From contig JBDOQK010000024.1 of assembly GCA_040437565.1 (NCBI GenBank), positions 62,001 through 126,000 of the forward strand: 64,000 bases of DNA. Direction: 5' to 3'. The notes under the pieces were generated by a model. It did not search any database. It saw nothing but the letters and a program-made list of their open reading frames with translations, and was not told the DNA's origin. The first letter of the stretch is position 1. Every line of letters begins with the position of its first letter. Source of the DNA: Albugo candida (Eukaryota). The position numbers and the translations under genes are program-made. This document shows positions 26,593-38,506 of this stretch, in pieces.

Positions 26593-29329
26593 AATTCGAA
26601 GCTGATAGCCAGATGCAACGTCGAATATTGTGAGAAGTGTACTTTCTGCAATATTCATACTTACGGCAGCTCGCCATTTACGATGTGCATGTTTTACCTC
26701 GAAACGTTGCAGGTTACAGCGTTGAATATTTTCAGGATGCGTGCTTTCTGCTTTCTGATTTCTTTCTACATACGGAACCGCATGTTTACAGAGGGTAGAA
26801 ATACGAGCGTGAGCATGCTTTACTCAAAGTATCAGGTGCAGCGCTCGATTTTGTAATGAAAGGACGCTTCCTGCATTTGTCCTAAGTACAGTAGCTTCCC
26901 TGAGCTTTGGTTAAGAGCCCAAATACACGCTTTTTCCTTGCCAACTTTCAATTTATACAATTACTACGGAGATAAAGCTATATTTTTCCAGCTACGTGGC
27001 TAGAGTACATTATTCTTACAACATTGTGAACATTGCCCATTCGTCTGGAGGATCTGACCCATTTCGTAATGCGTACTCCGTTATAGCCTGTGCAAATCGC
27101 TACAACTGCCGAGCGCATAGTGACAATGCCGCTTTGTTTGATTCAAGTAAGATTAGTGAATGGACGTTCACGCATGAATCCCATCACTTCGCTTGATCCT
27201 TTTACTTTTATTCCCGTATTATTTAGAGATCCTTACCGGCAAACACTACTATAGTCAATATACGTAGAGCTGGAAATCACCAATGGCGTTTGAACTCCGA
27301 CCCAAACGCCGACACCAAAGACTGATGAATTGTGTAAAATGCATAAACATTGTCACCTTTTGATTTGATAGTCTACTAAAATAGATAGACTAAGATCAAT
27401 GTGAAGTGGTCTAGCAACGAAACTGAATATTAGTATAAGATCGAAGTCTAATACCGAGTCAAATGGATGTGGAACATTAGGCAACATAGTCACCAAGCAC
27501 TGACTTCAATCACGGCCCTCGGTGTAAATATACACGTTTGACGTCGATGGTAATACGGTTCGCAATTTGAAAACATCTCATATTGACGCTGGCATCAATC
27601 CATTCTAAAGCAAGATAAGGCTCATGGATCGCGAGAATAACAAAGCTCATGATTAAATATCAGGTGCAGCGTTTCTCTCCTCATTGTATTGATTTTCACA
27701 CAGCAGCTACGATGGAGACTATCACTCTTATTAGCCGGGTCGGTCAATATTCACAAATTCACACCTGCGTGTGGACTCGTACACAAGTGATCTCATTATT
27801 TTCGAGTCTGGTTTCATTTTAAGATGCATCAGAGCTTCCAACGCGGCCTAATGATCGATATAGTGAATTCTGGGAATGCACTCGAATGGGAGACGAGATA
27901 TCGTGGCTAGCACGACAAATATACTTAACGCAGGATGCCGTTGCTCTTCAAGAAATGGATGAGGTCAGTGTCTGGTAAGCTCAAAATAAGAAGCTTTATG
28001 AGCTGTCGTATCCTTCCAGTCTTCAGTGATCAGTTGACAAGGAAAATCTGTAACCTCTTGATTTTACTTAAGCATGTTCGTTTTGACTCTGCTTTGTGAG
28101 ATTCAAATACTCGATATGATCGGACAAAGACTGGACTGATTTGTTTGTTCTGACCATATTTTGGGCAAACACTTGAGACAGCAATCGTGTAGCTTGAGGC
28201 TTCACACTCTTCAAGCTGGCATGGATATTGATGAGCTAAAGGCTTCCACCGTTTCGTTCTCTCACATGAGTACCGGCATCGACTCGACTTAGTTCCGTGA
28301 TTCATCACTGGCTTCTTATGGCTTTTTGTAACGCCACAGCTGTATCATCATGCAATTGATGGTTGATACTGTCACGCGGCTTTCGAAGTTGCGACTGAGA
28401 CAAACTGACGAATAATAGTACCCACATCCCGGCTACGAAGTACATTTTTAAAAACTCTGAAGATGTCAAAGCTCTTTCAGAGGATATGTGCTGGAGCTAT
28501 TCATCCAACTCAAACATCATGTCCGCTAAACGTGAGGAGCTATCGCCTTGCTGTACATCTCCGACCAGCTTTTATTCACAAAATCACTTTAAGAAACGAT
28601 TCGTAACCCCGAGGTCCTCTCCACGTCGGAAACGCAAGAGAGTAAAAGAAGACATATTTGTGTCCGTATTCATCGTATTGTGTCCACTCAACTTGATCAA
28701 ATTGACTGAGAAGTTTGTTGAGAAATTCACGAACGCAAAAATGTGGCGCATGCCAGGCTTACATGTTATTTACCCTCAGCGTAGGAAGAAATGAAAGCGT
28801 TGTTTGAGGGGGCTTGACGAGTGGGTCCGCTTGCTCAACTTTATGTTTATTTCAACGTGATCCTGCTGCCTATCCAGCATGCTCTGATTGAGCACACCTA
28901 TCACCTTTCACGCAAGGATCTTCTGCGGAACGTCGCGTCATGATGGCGATTGTACCTCCTTTTTCTAACCTTACGCACTATCATGAGGAGCTACTGTCAG
29001 TCTACCACTCGAGCATTATACAGCAAAAACTCTATGTTTCGAGATGCATTACAAAACTTACCAATAACCTACGTCGGGTCTTAGCCTAAAAGTGCCCAAA
29101 ATACTCTGACTATTATCGAACGACCGAGTTCCATGAAATGCGCATTGGGCCTTCATTGCCAATACTCAAGTCAGAAATTTGGCCGTTTTCCTTCAAGCTA
29201 TGATATAGTACACTAGATCACGTCCGTTAATATCGACAATTACCCTTTACATAGACTCGATAAAGCTGCCACGGAAACTTCCCGGCAAAAAGTAGACTTT
29301 ATTATCCAACTCACGAACGGGTTCACATC

Positions 29330-29900
29330 CATACACAGAACGAGGTTTTCCTGGCAACGCATAAATGGTTCAGATTGCTGTCATAAAACGTGCATAGATT
29401 CGGATATAACCATGTATGAACACCAACAGTACAAGGAGAGGCTGTCAATCCTCCAGTATACGAGAAGAAAACTGATCCCTTTTTCAATAGCGCAGTGATT
29501 ACTGTGAAGAAGTCCCTACACCAGAACTGAGTTGACTGAGTAAGGTGGTCCCCAATAGAAGACGTATACATTGTCCTTAGCAGGCTTCTCGCCCACTTGC
29601 ATAACGCGGCATCACTTGACTCATCATCTCATTCAGTACGGTAATCACCAGCAAGTTTGCCTCCCAATTGCTTTGAAGAAAATAAATCTCTACGTAATAC
29701 TGCTACCCATCAATTTTTTGTCCTGCTATTAGATGTGGGTGGTTTTCACCAATGTGTATCGTTCGCCTTCACAAATCAGTCCCGTGAGAAATTCCTTAAA
29801 TACACAAGTGACAGTACGGCAACTCTGTGACCGATTTCATTACATATTTGCCAAGTTAGGTTCTAATTGGATATGGTGTCAATGGGAGTCTGCTGGGGTT
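29330..29900 (-). pseudogene. Alpha-carbonic anhydrase relic
   Basis: Minus strand gives PQQTPID (~29898-29878; cf. QSPIDI) followed ~430 nt later by FFSYTGGLTASPCTVGV (cf. Y.Y.GSLTTPPC.EGV.W). The intervening frame is broken. Confidence 0.6.
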
Positions 29901-31456
29901 CGATGATCACCCTGTGCAAAATTTCTACTTCATTCGACCGCCCCAAATTGACATACGTACATCCCCGATGCAAATGGTGCAAATGACCCACAATTCCATC
30001 TAACGCAGCAGCATATATCAGCGGGGAAGCGTGGAACGTCGCATTGGTCTTTCATGAAGAAAAAGTGGCAACAACGTTTTGCGTTTTGTGCCCCAGCGCA
30101 TTTGCGTTGGCAGCTCCTCTTCTCGAAACGGGCTCTGATCCAGGAATTGTTGCATAAAGTAAGATATCGCGTAAAGCCACTCCATAAGCATGTTTTCATA
30201 TCATATTATATGCCTTGAGCTTCTGCAAACCGTAAGTATACCGGTATCATCGATGTTTGACTTNNNNNNNNNNNNNNNNNNNNNNNNNNNNNNNNNNNNN
30301 NNNNNNNNNNNNNNNNNNNNNNNNNNNNNNNNNNNNNNNNNNNNNNNNNNNNNNNNNNNNNNNTTAATCGATCATGACTGGTCCATCAACTGTGAGAAGT
30401 GGCTTAAGCGGAGTGCTTCAGTCTTCTTTATCGCGTGCGGTCGAGTGTACAGTGCGTCCAGAACATACTCGAAAGTACATTCCAGCTTCAGCAAAAATGC
30501 CCGCAAAGAACATTTTGAGCAACGGAATGTTCCAGTCACCATGCTTGCGAATTGTTTGGTGAAAAAAAATAATTCAATTCCAAGTCGCGGATCATAAGAT
30601 ACCAATGCGACGATGTATGCCTGAAATGTAAGCTCTGTATGGTACCCCAAAGTTTGGCCAGTTGTCATATAAAATCACCCCCTTACCCCATCCGAGAAAG
30701 TGTTAATGAGATTACGAGGACGGGAAGCAAAGGCGGATGTGGTCATTCTGGATCATCTATCATGTGATGTAGACCATTTTCAACGACTTCTTAGGTTTGG
30801 AAGGCCGATGCACGTCTCCATCCAGAAAATTGCGAATCTTCCTTGGTTTTTTTAAAAGTAGACAACATGCTCATCACCTATCAATTTCCACTGATACTTC
30901 CGTACATGATGTAATTTCTCCTTCTCAAATGTGGACAACAGCAATGGACCGCGTGAAAGTTCAAGCTTGTAAGCGCCCATCTCGTCGGGCGTCGAGGATA
31001 CAACTCCATGGTCCGAGTGAAATAAAATCCCAGCTGTACTCGGCCACCATCGCTTTTTTCGACACTGAGCGCAAATTAGAGTCAATTTTGCGTGTCGAAG
31101 CAGTAAAATACTCAGTCTCTACGGACCCGACTGCATCACGGGAATTGACCTTCCACCTGATCGGATTCCTGATAAATATTCGCCAAGCCGTCTGAGGGCA
31201 ATTCCATCGCATTGTTTGTTCCGATTTCGCACGGGAGCGGCGCTTTTATTTTGACATGAGACGGAATAGCTAACCGTCAAAAGACTGGAGGGCTTAGACT
31301 TGCAGTTAGTTGTCTCTTACGACTCATTCTATCTTGAGTTGCTGTAAATCTTATCGTCAGTCAAGGCTGAGGCTTCTCGGCTTCTCCGACAAAATTGGAC
31401 GACCCCCATGATCAGTTGATGCATCTGATAGCTGGGCCTTCAAGCACTCGAATTGA

Positions 31457-31567
31457 GTACCTGGCTGAGATCGGTTGATACATTGGCTTCGATTGTGACT
31501 GGGAGAATCTCAACAAATTTAGTGGGCACATTAAGCAGGCGCTCGGGTTCGATCCCGAGACGTGCGA
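31457..31567 (+). other. tRNA-like (Pol III A/B-box) relic
   Basis: A-box-like tggctgagatcgg and B-box hairpin ctcgggttcgatcccgag. The 5' part resembles the SINE head at 38244. No convincing cloverleaf. Confidence 0.35.
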
Positions 31568-34193
31568 TTGGAAAGTCGATGCAATCGTACGCCCGACACA
31601 ATGTTCTGGCAGAGCGATTATCCGGCTCGGAAAAATCTTCATTTCCAGTAAGTGGTACAAAGCTTGCGTCTCAGTCGGATTGTAGCCTTGAGCATTGGAC
31701 CTTCATCAATTATCAAACTGCAGATCTTGAAAGGTGGATGCGGTCAAAAATGCTCGATGGCGGCTTGAAAAAAGGCACCATCCGAAATGGAAGGCCATAT
31801 CCAACAGCCTATGAATAGCTATCAATTTCGCTCACAGGTACAATATTGAATGGTTACGAGCCATTCCCTCGCTACAAAAAAAGGCCTTCATTGAGACTGG
31901 TACGTGGTGAGAGGATCTTAGATACGCAATTGTCGCGGTTGTCGAATTACGCATTGATCAACGACAATTTGAAGTTACCACGAAATGGACGAAAAATGCA
32001 TCATCGTATCACAAGCTGCTGATATCGGCGATAATGGAACGTGGTGCTCTCATGTTCGATTCGATGCAGTATAATATTGAAAGCCGTTGACGAATGAATA
32101 AAGCGCTATCTGCGATGTTGCAAACGCACGGATAGAAATTGTCCAGTCCAGCTGATGGGCGCAGAAAGATGTCAATCTGTACATTCATCATGGGAAATTC
32201 ATGTCAAAGAAGTCAGCATAATTCCTGCAAGCTACGATATCGATCGCATTGTGGACTTGGACAAGTAAACGCACTTTTCGGAACGCTATATAGATGATTT
32301 ATTTGCAACCAATGGAGTGTGGAACAGATCATCCGAAATCGACCGCTAGCGTCGTCATTCAATCATATTGCGATGTCGAATTCAGCTCAGTCTAAATCTT
32401 TGGACGACATCCGTGCAACTGTGAGGTAAAAAGCTGAGGATTTGCCGGATAAGGTCAAAACTCTCGCTTTATTGTAACGATTTGAGTGACAACAATTGGC
32501 ATTAGTCATGGTCGTCCCACATCTGTTCGGATCCATTTCTTGCAATAAGTTCTGCGTAGTTTGAATACGTGATGGTAAAATACCGACAAAGTCTGCCAGT
32601 ACGTCGAAAGTTGAGCATGTGGTGATATCGATGACCTGAAAGTGTGCTGACCGATCAAAAGTATGCGCGCCCAGTAGCATTCATTGTGAGATTGAGTTTC
32701 TGTTTAGGCGTCAGCCTCTCTGTTCTGGCAAACAACTATTCCAAGAAATAATTTGCAAAATGTGCAAAATCGACGGATGGGACCATCTTTGTTGATTCAC
32801 ATCAAAGCCATTTATTCTAAGACTTCCTTGCAGCAACCATTTATTTGTAAATGATCCATTCAGATACATTAGTAAGTCTGGCGGCGACTTTTAGTACAAA
32901 CGTCAGCGTGGTGGGCAACGCACTTTCTGAACTGCCCTTACCACGTTCCTTGTGCCACGAGCCTCGTACATGCACTGCCGTCAAGTGAGCAGATTTAGAC
33001 CATTGAGATCCAGCAAAGATTTCCGTATGGGACTCCCTGCTCGTATCGGTTTATTGCAACCATATTGTTCCAAGTGCGCTCTGTTACCCAGGAATAGTGA
33101 TTGTATGAACTACAAAGTCGACATCATTCCGCTACTCCCGGTCAATCGTGACGAGAGGCCTGGTACACATCTATTGTTGGAGGCTGGCACACCACGTTGC
33201 ACTCGAGAATGTAGCAACACGTTCGAAAAAGAATTTTTGATTCAGCGGATTGCATCGAAGCGAAGCCGATGAGGTATCGGGAGATGAGTTTTGTGCCGTC
33301 AATTTGAATTCGACAGAGCACGGGGCGCTTTTCCATTCGGCGAATGTATAGCGATACATTTCGTCCATGATGGGAGTTTTACAGTGCATATTCCGTTATG
33401 TCCGAAATCTAATCATTTCAATGTTCTAGAATAGTTTACTCCATGTCTATTATAGCATAATCAAACGACTTTCTTGTCGGCCGGTAGATCTCCATGAGCT
33501 CCTTTCTCAAACAGTAGGATCGCCGATTCGACCATGCGCAGACAAATGTTATGCAGAGACCACAATATCCTCCTATTGCGTCTCAACCATTCTATTTGCA
33601 TGCGGAATAGTCAGGAAGTATGTACAGATCAACCTACTTTCGTACAGTGGTCGCAGGTATCTGTTCCTATCAAAAAAGCCAAGATTAACGACACAGTCAT
33701 CGCCACTTTGGAATCGAGATTACTTACCTCCTATCTGGATGTCATATGCTTGGTCTGATGATTGACCATTGATTGTGGAAAGAGAACTCACCCACGTCAC
33801 GATCTTGTACCCATTTTTTTCTACTACATAATTGATATCATCAGCGTCAATTCTCGAAGGGACTTAAGCGTGTGCTACATTTCTTATGATACTCTTAGAA
33901 CAATATGGGCTTGGCCTTTTAGCATTCACGCAGAAACTCGGACCGCACTTGTCAAGTTACGCTCCGCCGAACGAGTCAATCCCTGTCGGCTAGTTTGTGT
34001 CAGCAGTTTACATTGGTAGCGCAGCAGAAACTTTTCTCAGTTTATGTATATCGATATCGGAAAGTGAACAGGGATTCCGTCAAGTTGTTCGAAACCTCAC
34101 ATGTTGGGCGTATATCACGAGTAAATTTTCCAAGCTAGAACACAATAATTTAAGATCGATTTTGCAAAGAATGGTGTGTATTGATCTTGTCTG

Positions 34194-35256
34194 TTATTCG
34201 ATGGCTTCATTTCTTCCGTAAAGCCTTTTGAGAGAAATGTTTTCCGCACTGGGAAGGGATGATGTAGAAGTCGTTCCTTGGGATTTCTCAAGCTTGTCCA
34301 ACTTGAAGACAGTATTTTCGCCCGTATTATCTACGAGCATAGAGTAAACTTTTAGGATTCTGAAGCCTGGTACCCATGTTTCATCATCATCTAACTCCTT
34401 GATGAGAGCGGTACATAATTCATCCGATTTTCGATAGATGAAATGATCCGCCTTGAGTTCGATTTATTTGCCATTTGAATAAGTTATTTTTATATCCGTC
34501 CAAGGCAAAGCATGAGACGGTCTATGTCCGAAGGGAATAAATAGCGTCGCAATGTCCTTCGAATCCATCTTCTGTTTCCACGTACTTCTTTTGCGACAGC
34601 TCTTCTTTCATCATGTTATAATATGATTGAGGAATCCCGGTAGCTTCTACATCAAGATCTATTCGCATTTTATGGTCTTTACCTTCCTTGCTGAGAAAAA
34701 CAATGTTTCACTCCATGGCACTCCTGAAACAAAAGTGCTCCTCGATCTTGTGCAACTTCAGGTCTTCCGATAAACATGTGATTATACGTAAAAGTATACC
34801 GACCTCGATTTCCTGTTACATAAGCTTGATTACCTATGTACAACTTGTCTTTACGAGTATATACCTATTTACTATCAATCCACTTTTTCAACTTCGTTCC
34901 CATCAATTTCCCGCAAGCGTGTATTTTTGGCTTTTGTACGTTAACGTCAACTCCTTTGCCAAATTCAATAGCACGTTTCTGCCTTTATTATTTTCATTCA
35001 AAGATGGAACTGGAACCTTTATATATGCAAAACGTTTCGCGACCACATTCGATTCTACGTCGGCAAAGGTACTTCTTAGCCTCAAAGTGTACAAAGTGCT
35101 GTCTTCAACCGAATCACGCAAGGGGCTGTCATCCGACCAGCTCAATTTCGAATCTATTGTAACACACAAGTCTCCTGTAACAACCGCAAAGTGATGATGC
35201 GCTAAAGATGCTCCGAGCCCAGGAACAGCGTACGATTTTGGCGAAATAGCTCTCAT
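34194..35256 (-). pseudogene. Secreted family pseudogene, copy 6 (frameshifted)
   Basis: MRAISPKSYAVPGLGASLAHHHFAVV start; the ORF stops at 34903. Downstream frames give MRIDLDVEATGIPQSYY (~34670-34620) and DDDETWVPGFRILKVYSMLVDNT (~34390-34325). Confidence 0.85.
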
Positions 35257-35918
35257 TCGTTGCCTCAGTTCATTGAATTACCCTAAAGGATGATCATTTT
35301 TCAATTAGACCATTCAGGTCAGCTGCAGCCAGCAAAAGAACATGGGTACGTGTAAATATGGAAGCGTACCTATCGGCTTAGAGTTGGATAAAACACTGAC
35401 GACAACATGCCTTTCTACAGAATGCGTACTTCATGCAGATTATAAGCGTGCATGCGTTTTCAAGTTCGACGTAATATTGTAGCAGAATAGGAGAGTATAA
35501 TTGCATTTTAATGAGGACTATGCTCACTCTCGTCGATAAAAATTGACACCCGTTCACTTATGTCCTCTACAGGAGCAATGTCCTATGATATCATGTGCGC
35601 CATCGCGCATACGTGAAGGTACTTATGTGTATAACGAAACGCAAGTTTACCTCATGGTGCAAAGCATTTCTGAATGTGCGGTTGTGCATGTTGTTCTTCG
35701 AACTTCTATCATCGTGCATAAACCTACGCCTTATTTGCACTTTCTGTGGCAACGCATCCTGTAATGCACCTTCTCGTCTCGCTTTGACCCGGTCGTGCGC
35801 TTCCATGTTTACAAAGTACGATATCTATATACGCAAAGTTGGCTACTTGAGAAAAAATCCATCTTTTTTTCCTGGCTGCAGTTGACCTCAATGGCCCCAA
35901 TGAGCGATGGGGATTCGT

Positions 35919-35932
35919 TCATTTTTCAATTT
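35919..35932 (+). promoter_or_regulatory. Oomycete INR+FPR core promoter element
   Basis: TCATTTTTCAATTT matches the consensus YCATTYYNCAWTTY and ends 18 nt before ATG 35951. A related TCATTTTTCAAAA lies at 6426, ahead of copy 3. Confidence 0.6.
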
Positions 35933-35950
35933 CGACCTGCAGAACAGAGG

Positions 35951-37066
35951 ATGAAAGCTCCTCCTATGAAATCGTACGCTCTTCTTGGGATTGGATCGTT
36001 TCTCATGCATCATCAACTTGTGAATTCTTTAGAGGGTCTGCGCTTACGTATCCATCCGAAATTGGATTTCGATAGTGGCGCGAAGATTCCGAAATCGGTT
36101 AAAAACGACAAATGGTACTTTGTTGGCATTGAAGATCCGTCTAGCCTACCAGACATGAAGCCTATACATCATTTGGATGATCACTGGGAATTCTGTAGGT
36201 TGGATGCGTCGTCTAAACGAACTCAATCGAAAAGGCGAGCTAAAAGTCTGCGACCAAAGGTCAAAGAGAATTTGACTGAACCTCTTCTATGGGATACAGC
36301 CTCTTCGGATGAGAATCCGCCTATAAAATCTCTGACAATTGAATTTGACCAGTGGAAAGATGCGGCCGAGATAATGGGAACGACCAATGGTGGAACATAC
36401 GTCATCTGCTGGAGATTGCTGGGAAGCGATCTGATTAAATGGTTCGAAAAGAAACAGCTATACTTTCACAATAAGTTTTTATACTTGAGTATTGAATTTT
36501 TTCTGAAAGGTTTTCGAGGAAAACATTATCTCAAGTGGGTAAAGCCTAATGTTTATGAGATTTATGACGCACAGAATTATGTTGAAGGAGTTACAGGGGT
36601 GGTAGGCGAATTTACGGCAAATGTGGAATTTTATATGTTGCCGGCTAGCCAGAATCAAAATATTCGAATTGATGCTGTTTTAAAGGCCATTAGAATGCCA
36701 ATTGTAAAGTATGACATTATGCGCACACGATTTCCCAAAAGTTTTTTTCATGGAACGAAAGGTCCACCTAACGGAAAATGCAGTGATCTCGACCGTCTTC
36801 TAAGCTCGTCGGAAAATAAAAAACAGTCGCTGGATATAACAATATCAATCTTACGGTATGGTGTTATCAAAATCAATACCCAAGAATTGATCCAAAGAGA
36901 AGGTGACGTTTGTACGATTCTCATTGAAGGGTCTGAGGATGATTCTTGGGTACTGGGTACTTTACTTTTTGCAGATTTTATCATCGATAATACGCGTGGC
37001 AGTGGAAATGTGATGTATCATTTCTTAGGACCTTCATTGAGGACAGATCTCGCCGTCGAATATTGA
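35951..37066 (+). CDS. Secreted family protein, copy 7 (371 aa); putative dead pepsin-fold protein
   Basis: Family-type start MKAPPMKSYALLGIG lies inside the longer ORF-track call (35795). Motifs NIRIDAVLKAIRMP, DVCTILIEGSEDDSWVLGTLL and FIIDNT. Confidence 0.88.
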   Translation: MKAPPMKSYALLGIGSFLMHHQLVNSLEGLRLRIHPKLDFDSGAKIPKSVKNDKWYFVGIEDPSSLPDMKPIHHLDDHWEFCRLDASSKRTQSKRRAKSLRPKVKENLTEPLLWDTASSDENPPIKSLTIEFDQWKDAAEIMGTTNGGTYVICWRLLGSDLIKWFEKKQLYFHNKFLYLSIEFFLKGFRGKHYLKWVKPNVYEIYDAQNYVEGVTGVVGEFTANVEFYMLPASQNQNIRIDAVLKAIRMPIVKYDIMRTRFPKSFFHGTKGPPNGKCSDLDRLLSSSENKKQSLDITISILRYGVIKINTQELIQREGDVCTILIEGSEDDSWVLGTLLFADFIIDNTRGSGNVMYHFLGPSLRTDLAVEY

Positions 37067-38237
37067 ATTAAATCCAATACACCACTATCCTTTGCAAGAT
37101 GGATCTCCAATGTTAATGTGTAATAATTCATAAGAATCGACTCGTGACGTAAACACATAATTTGAGGTTTCAGGCATATGAATGTACTGATTATAGCGAG
37201 AAAGGCGTTAGCTGACACAAATCACGCGACGGAGAGGTATGTTCTCTCTTCGTCGTGATTTGTTTTGCACAAATCCTCCCCCCTCCGCCAAGGAATCCTA
37301 AACGACAGCTTCGTCGATATCTTTATTGACTCTCGTTTCCTTGGTAAAAAAGTACGTGTATTATCTTGTTCTAGACCTGTCCTATCGAAAATCTAGAAGG
37401 AGACCTTGCACCGATATCCAGAAAGATCTCGTCCAAAATCCTGAACTGGTACGTTAAAGACATAACCGGTTCCTAATTCCTAACTAGACACGTAAGCGAT
37501 ACCTAAGTTGAAGGTGTCTATATTACTAGAATTAGACTAACTGACTTCTCTAGTTGCCTAGGCTATCTTAAATAACATATATACATATAAAAAACGTTTC
37601 GTGCAATACCTGTGAGAGATGATTCTCGTTGATAATCTAGTATCGCAGTAGCCTCAGCACCCTTAATACGAGACTGTGTCCAGCTTGTAAATGCTGTAAA
37701 GTTGTAAAGTTGTAAAAATGGTCCAAAANNNNNNNNNNNNNNNNNNNNNNNNNNNNNNNNNNNNNNNNNNNNNNNNNNNNNNNNNNNNNNNNNNNNNNNN
37801 NNNNNNNNNNNNNNNNNNNNNNNNNNNNAGCACCCTTGGGTTGTGTCGATATGTCGACTTGAACCATTGTTTTCGAGAGGAAAGAGTTGAAAAAGTTAGT
37901 TTTTCGAGTTGTTGTGTACTAAATTGGCGGGTTACGTAGTAACCGGCAAATTGAGAAGTAGTAAGCGATACCTAAACCATCATTTCCTTCTCCTTGAAGT
38001 TTCAATGCCGATGAACTTTCGCATTTCGGTCGCTTTGGGTCTGGTGGCTACCCACTTCCTCAATAGGGTAGGCACATCTTCCATCAGGACACTGACTGGT
38101 TCCGAGCTATTCTCCGTGTCGTCAAATCCAGTCCACTATACGAGTACATCCCACCGATGATTGTCAGGATTGAGCCGACAGCCCAAGAAACGGCTCACTA
38201 AATGCCCGCCGTTCACTTACAAGACGTAGTCCGTTAG

Positions 38238-38506
38238 GGTCCGTACCCAGCTCAGTCGGTTAAACACTTGAGCGCACGGACCCCCTGCCGGAGGTCGTTA
38301 GTTCGATCCCCGGCAGTGTGGGCAGCGGTTTGAGCCCACCCAAGCAATAAGCTTGGAAAATANNNNNNNNNNNNNNNNNNNNNNNNNNNNNNNNNNNNNN
38401 NNNNNNNNNNNNNNNNNNNNNNNNNNNNNNNNNNNNNNNNNNNNNNNNNNNNNNNNNNNNNNGAACCAGATAAACAGTGTAATGAAATCCTTGAAAAAAA
38501 AAAAAA
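38238..38506 (+). mobile_element. tRNA-derived SINE with poly(A) tail and 17-bp target-site duplication
   Basis: aagacgtagtccgttag occurs at 38221-38237 and 38505-38521. A-box-like cagctcagtcgg, B-box gttcgatccc and an A13 tail at 38494-38506. The middle is hidden by a gap. Confidence 0.85.

Larger units (their letters stand above)
19555..27732. repeat. Segmental duplication unit, paralogous to ~57365-64000 in direct orientation
   Basis: Collinear diverged matches throughout, e.g. aatttagcttgtgaagtttgtcatttggagctgcaagagcggccgaa (~20165 and ~57987) and cagcagctacgatggagactatcactcttatt (~27701 and ~63969). Each unit holds one family gene. Confidence 0.9.

Noticed and set aside
35795-35950. Longer N-termini for copy 7 (35795) and copy 8 (62692)
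   Set aside because: The extensions begin at non-ATG codons and cover promoter DNA shared with paralogues; the family-type MKA start lies downstream.
38238-38320. Functional tRNA gene
   Set aside because: No proper acceptor or anticodon stems; the TSD and poly(A) tail indicate a SINE.
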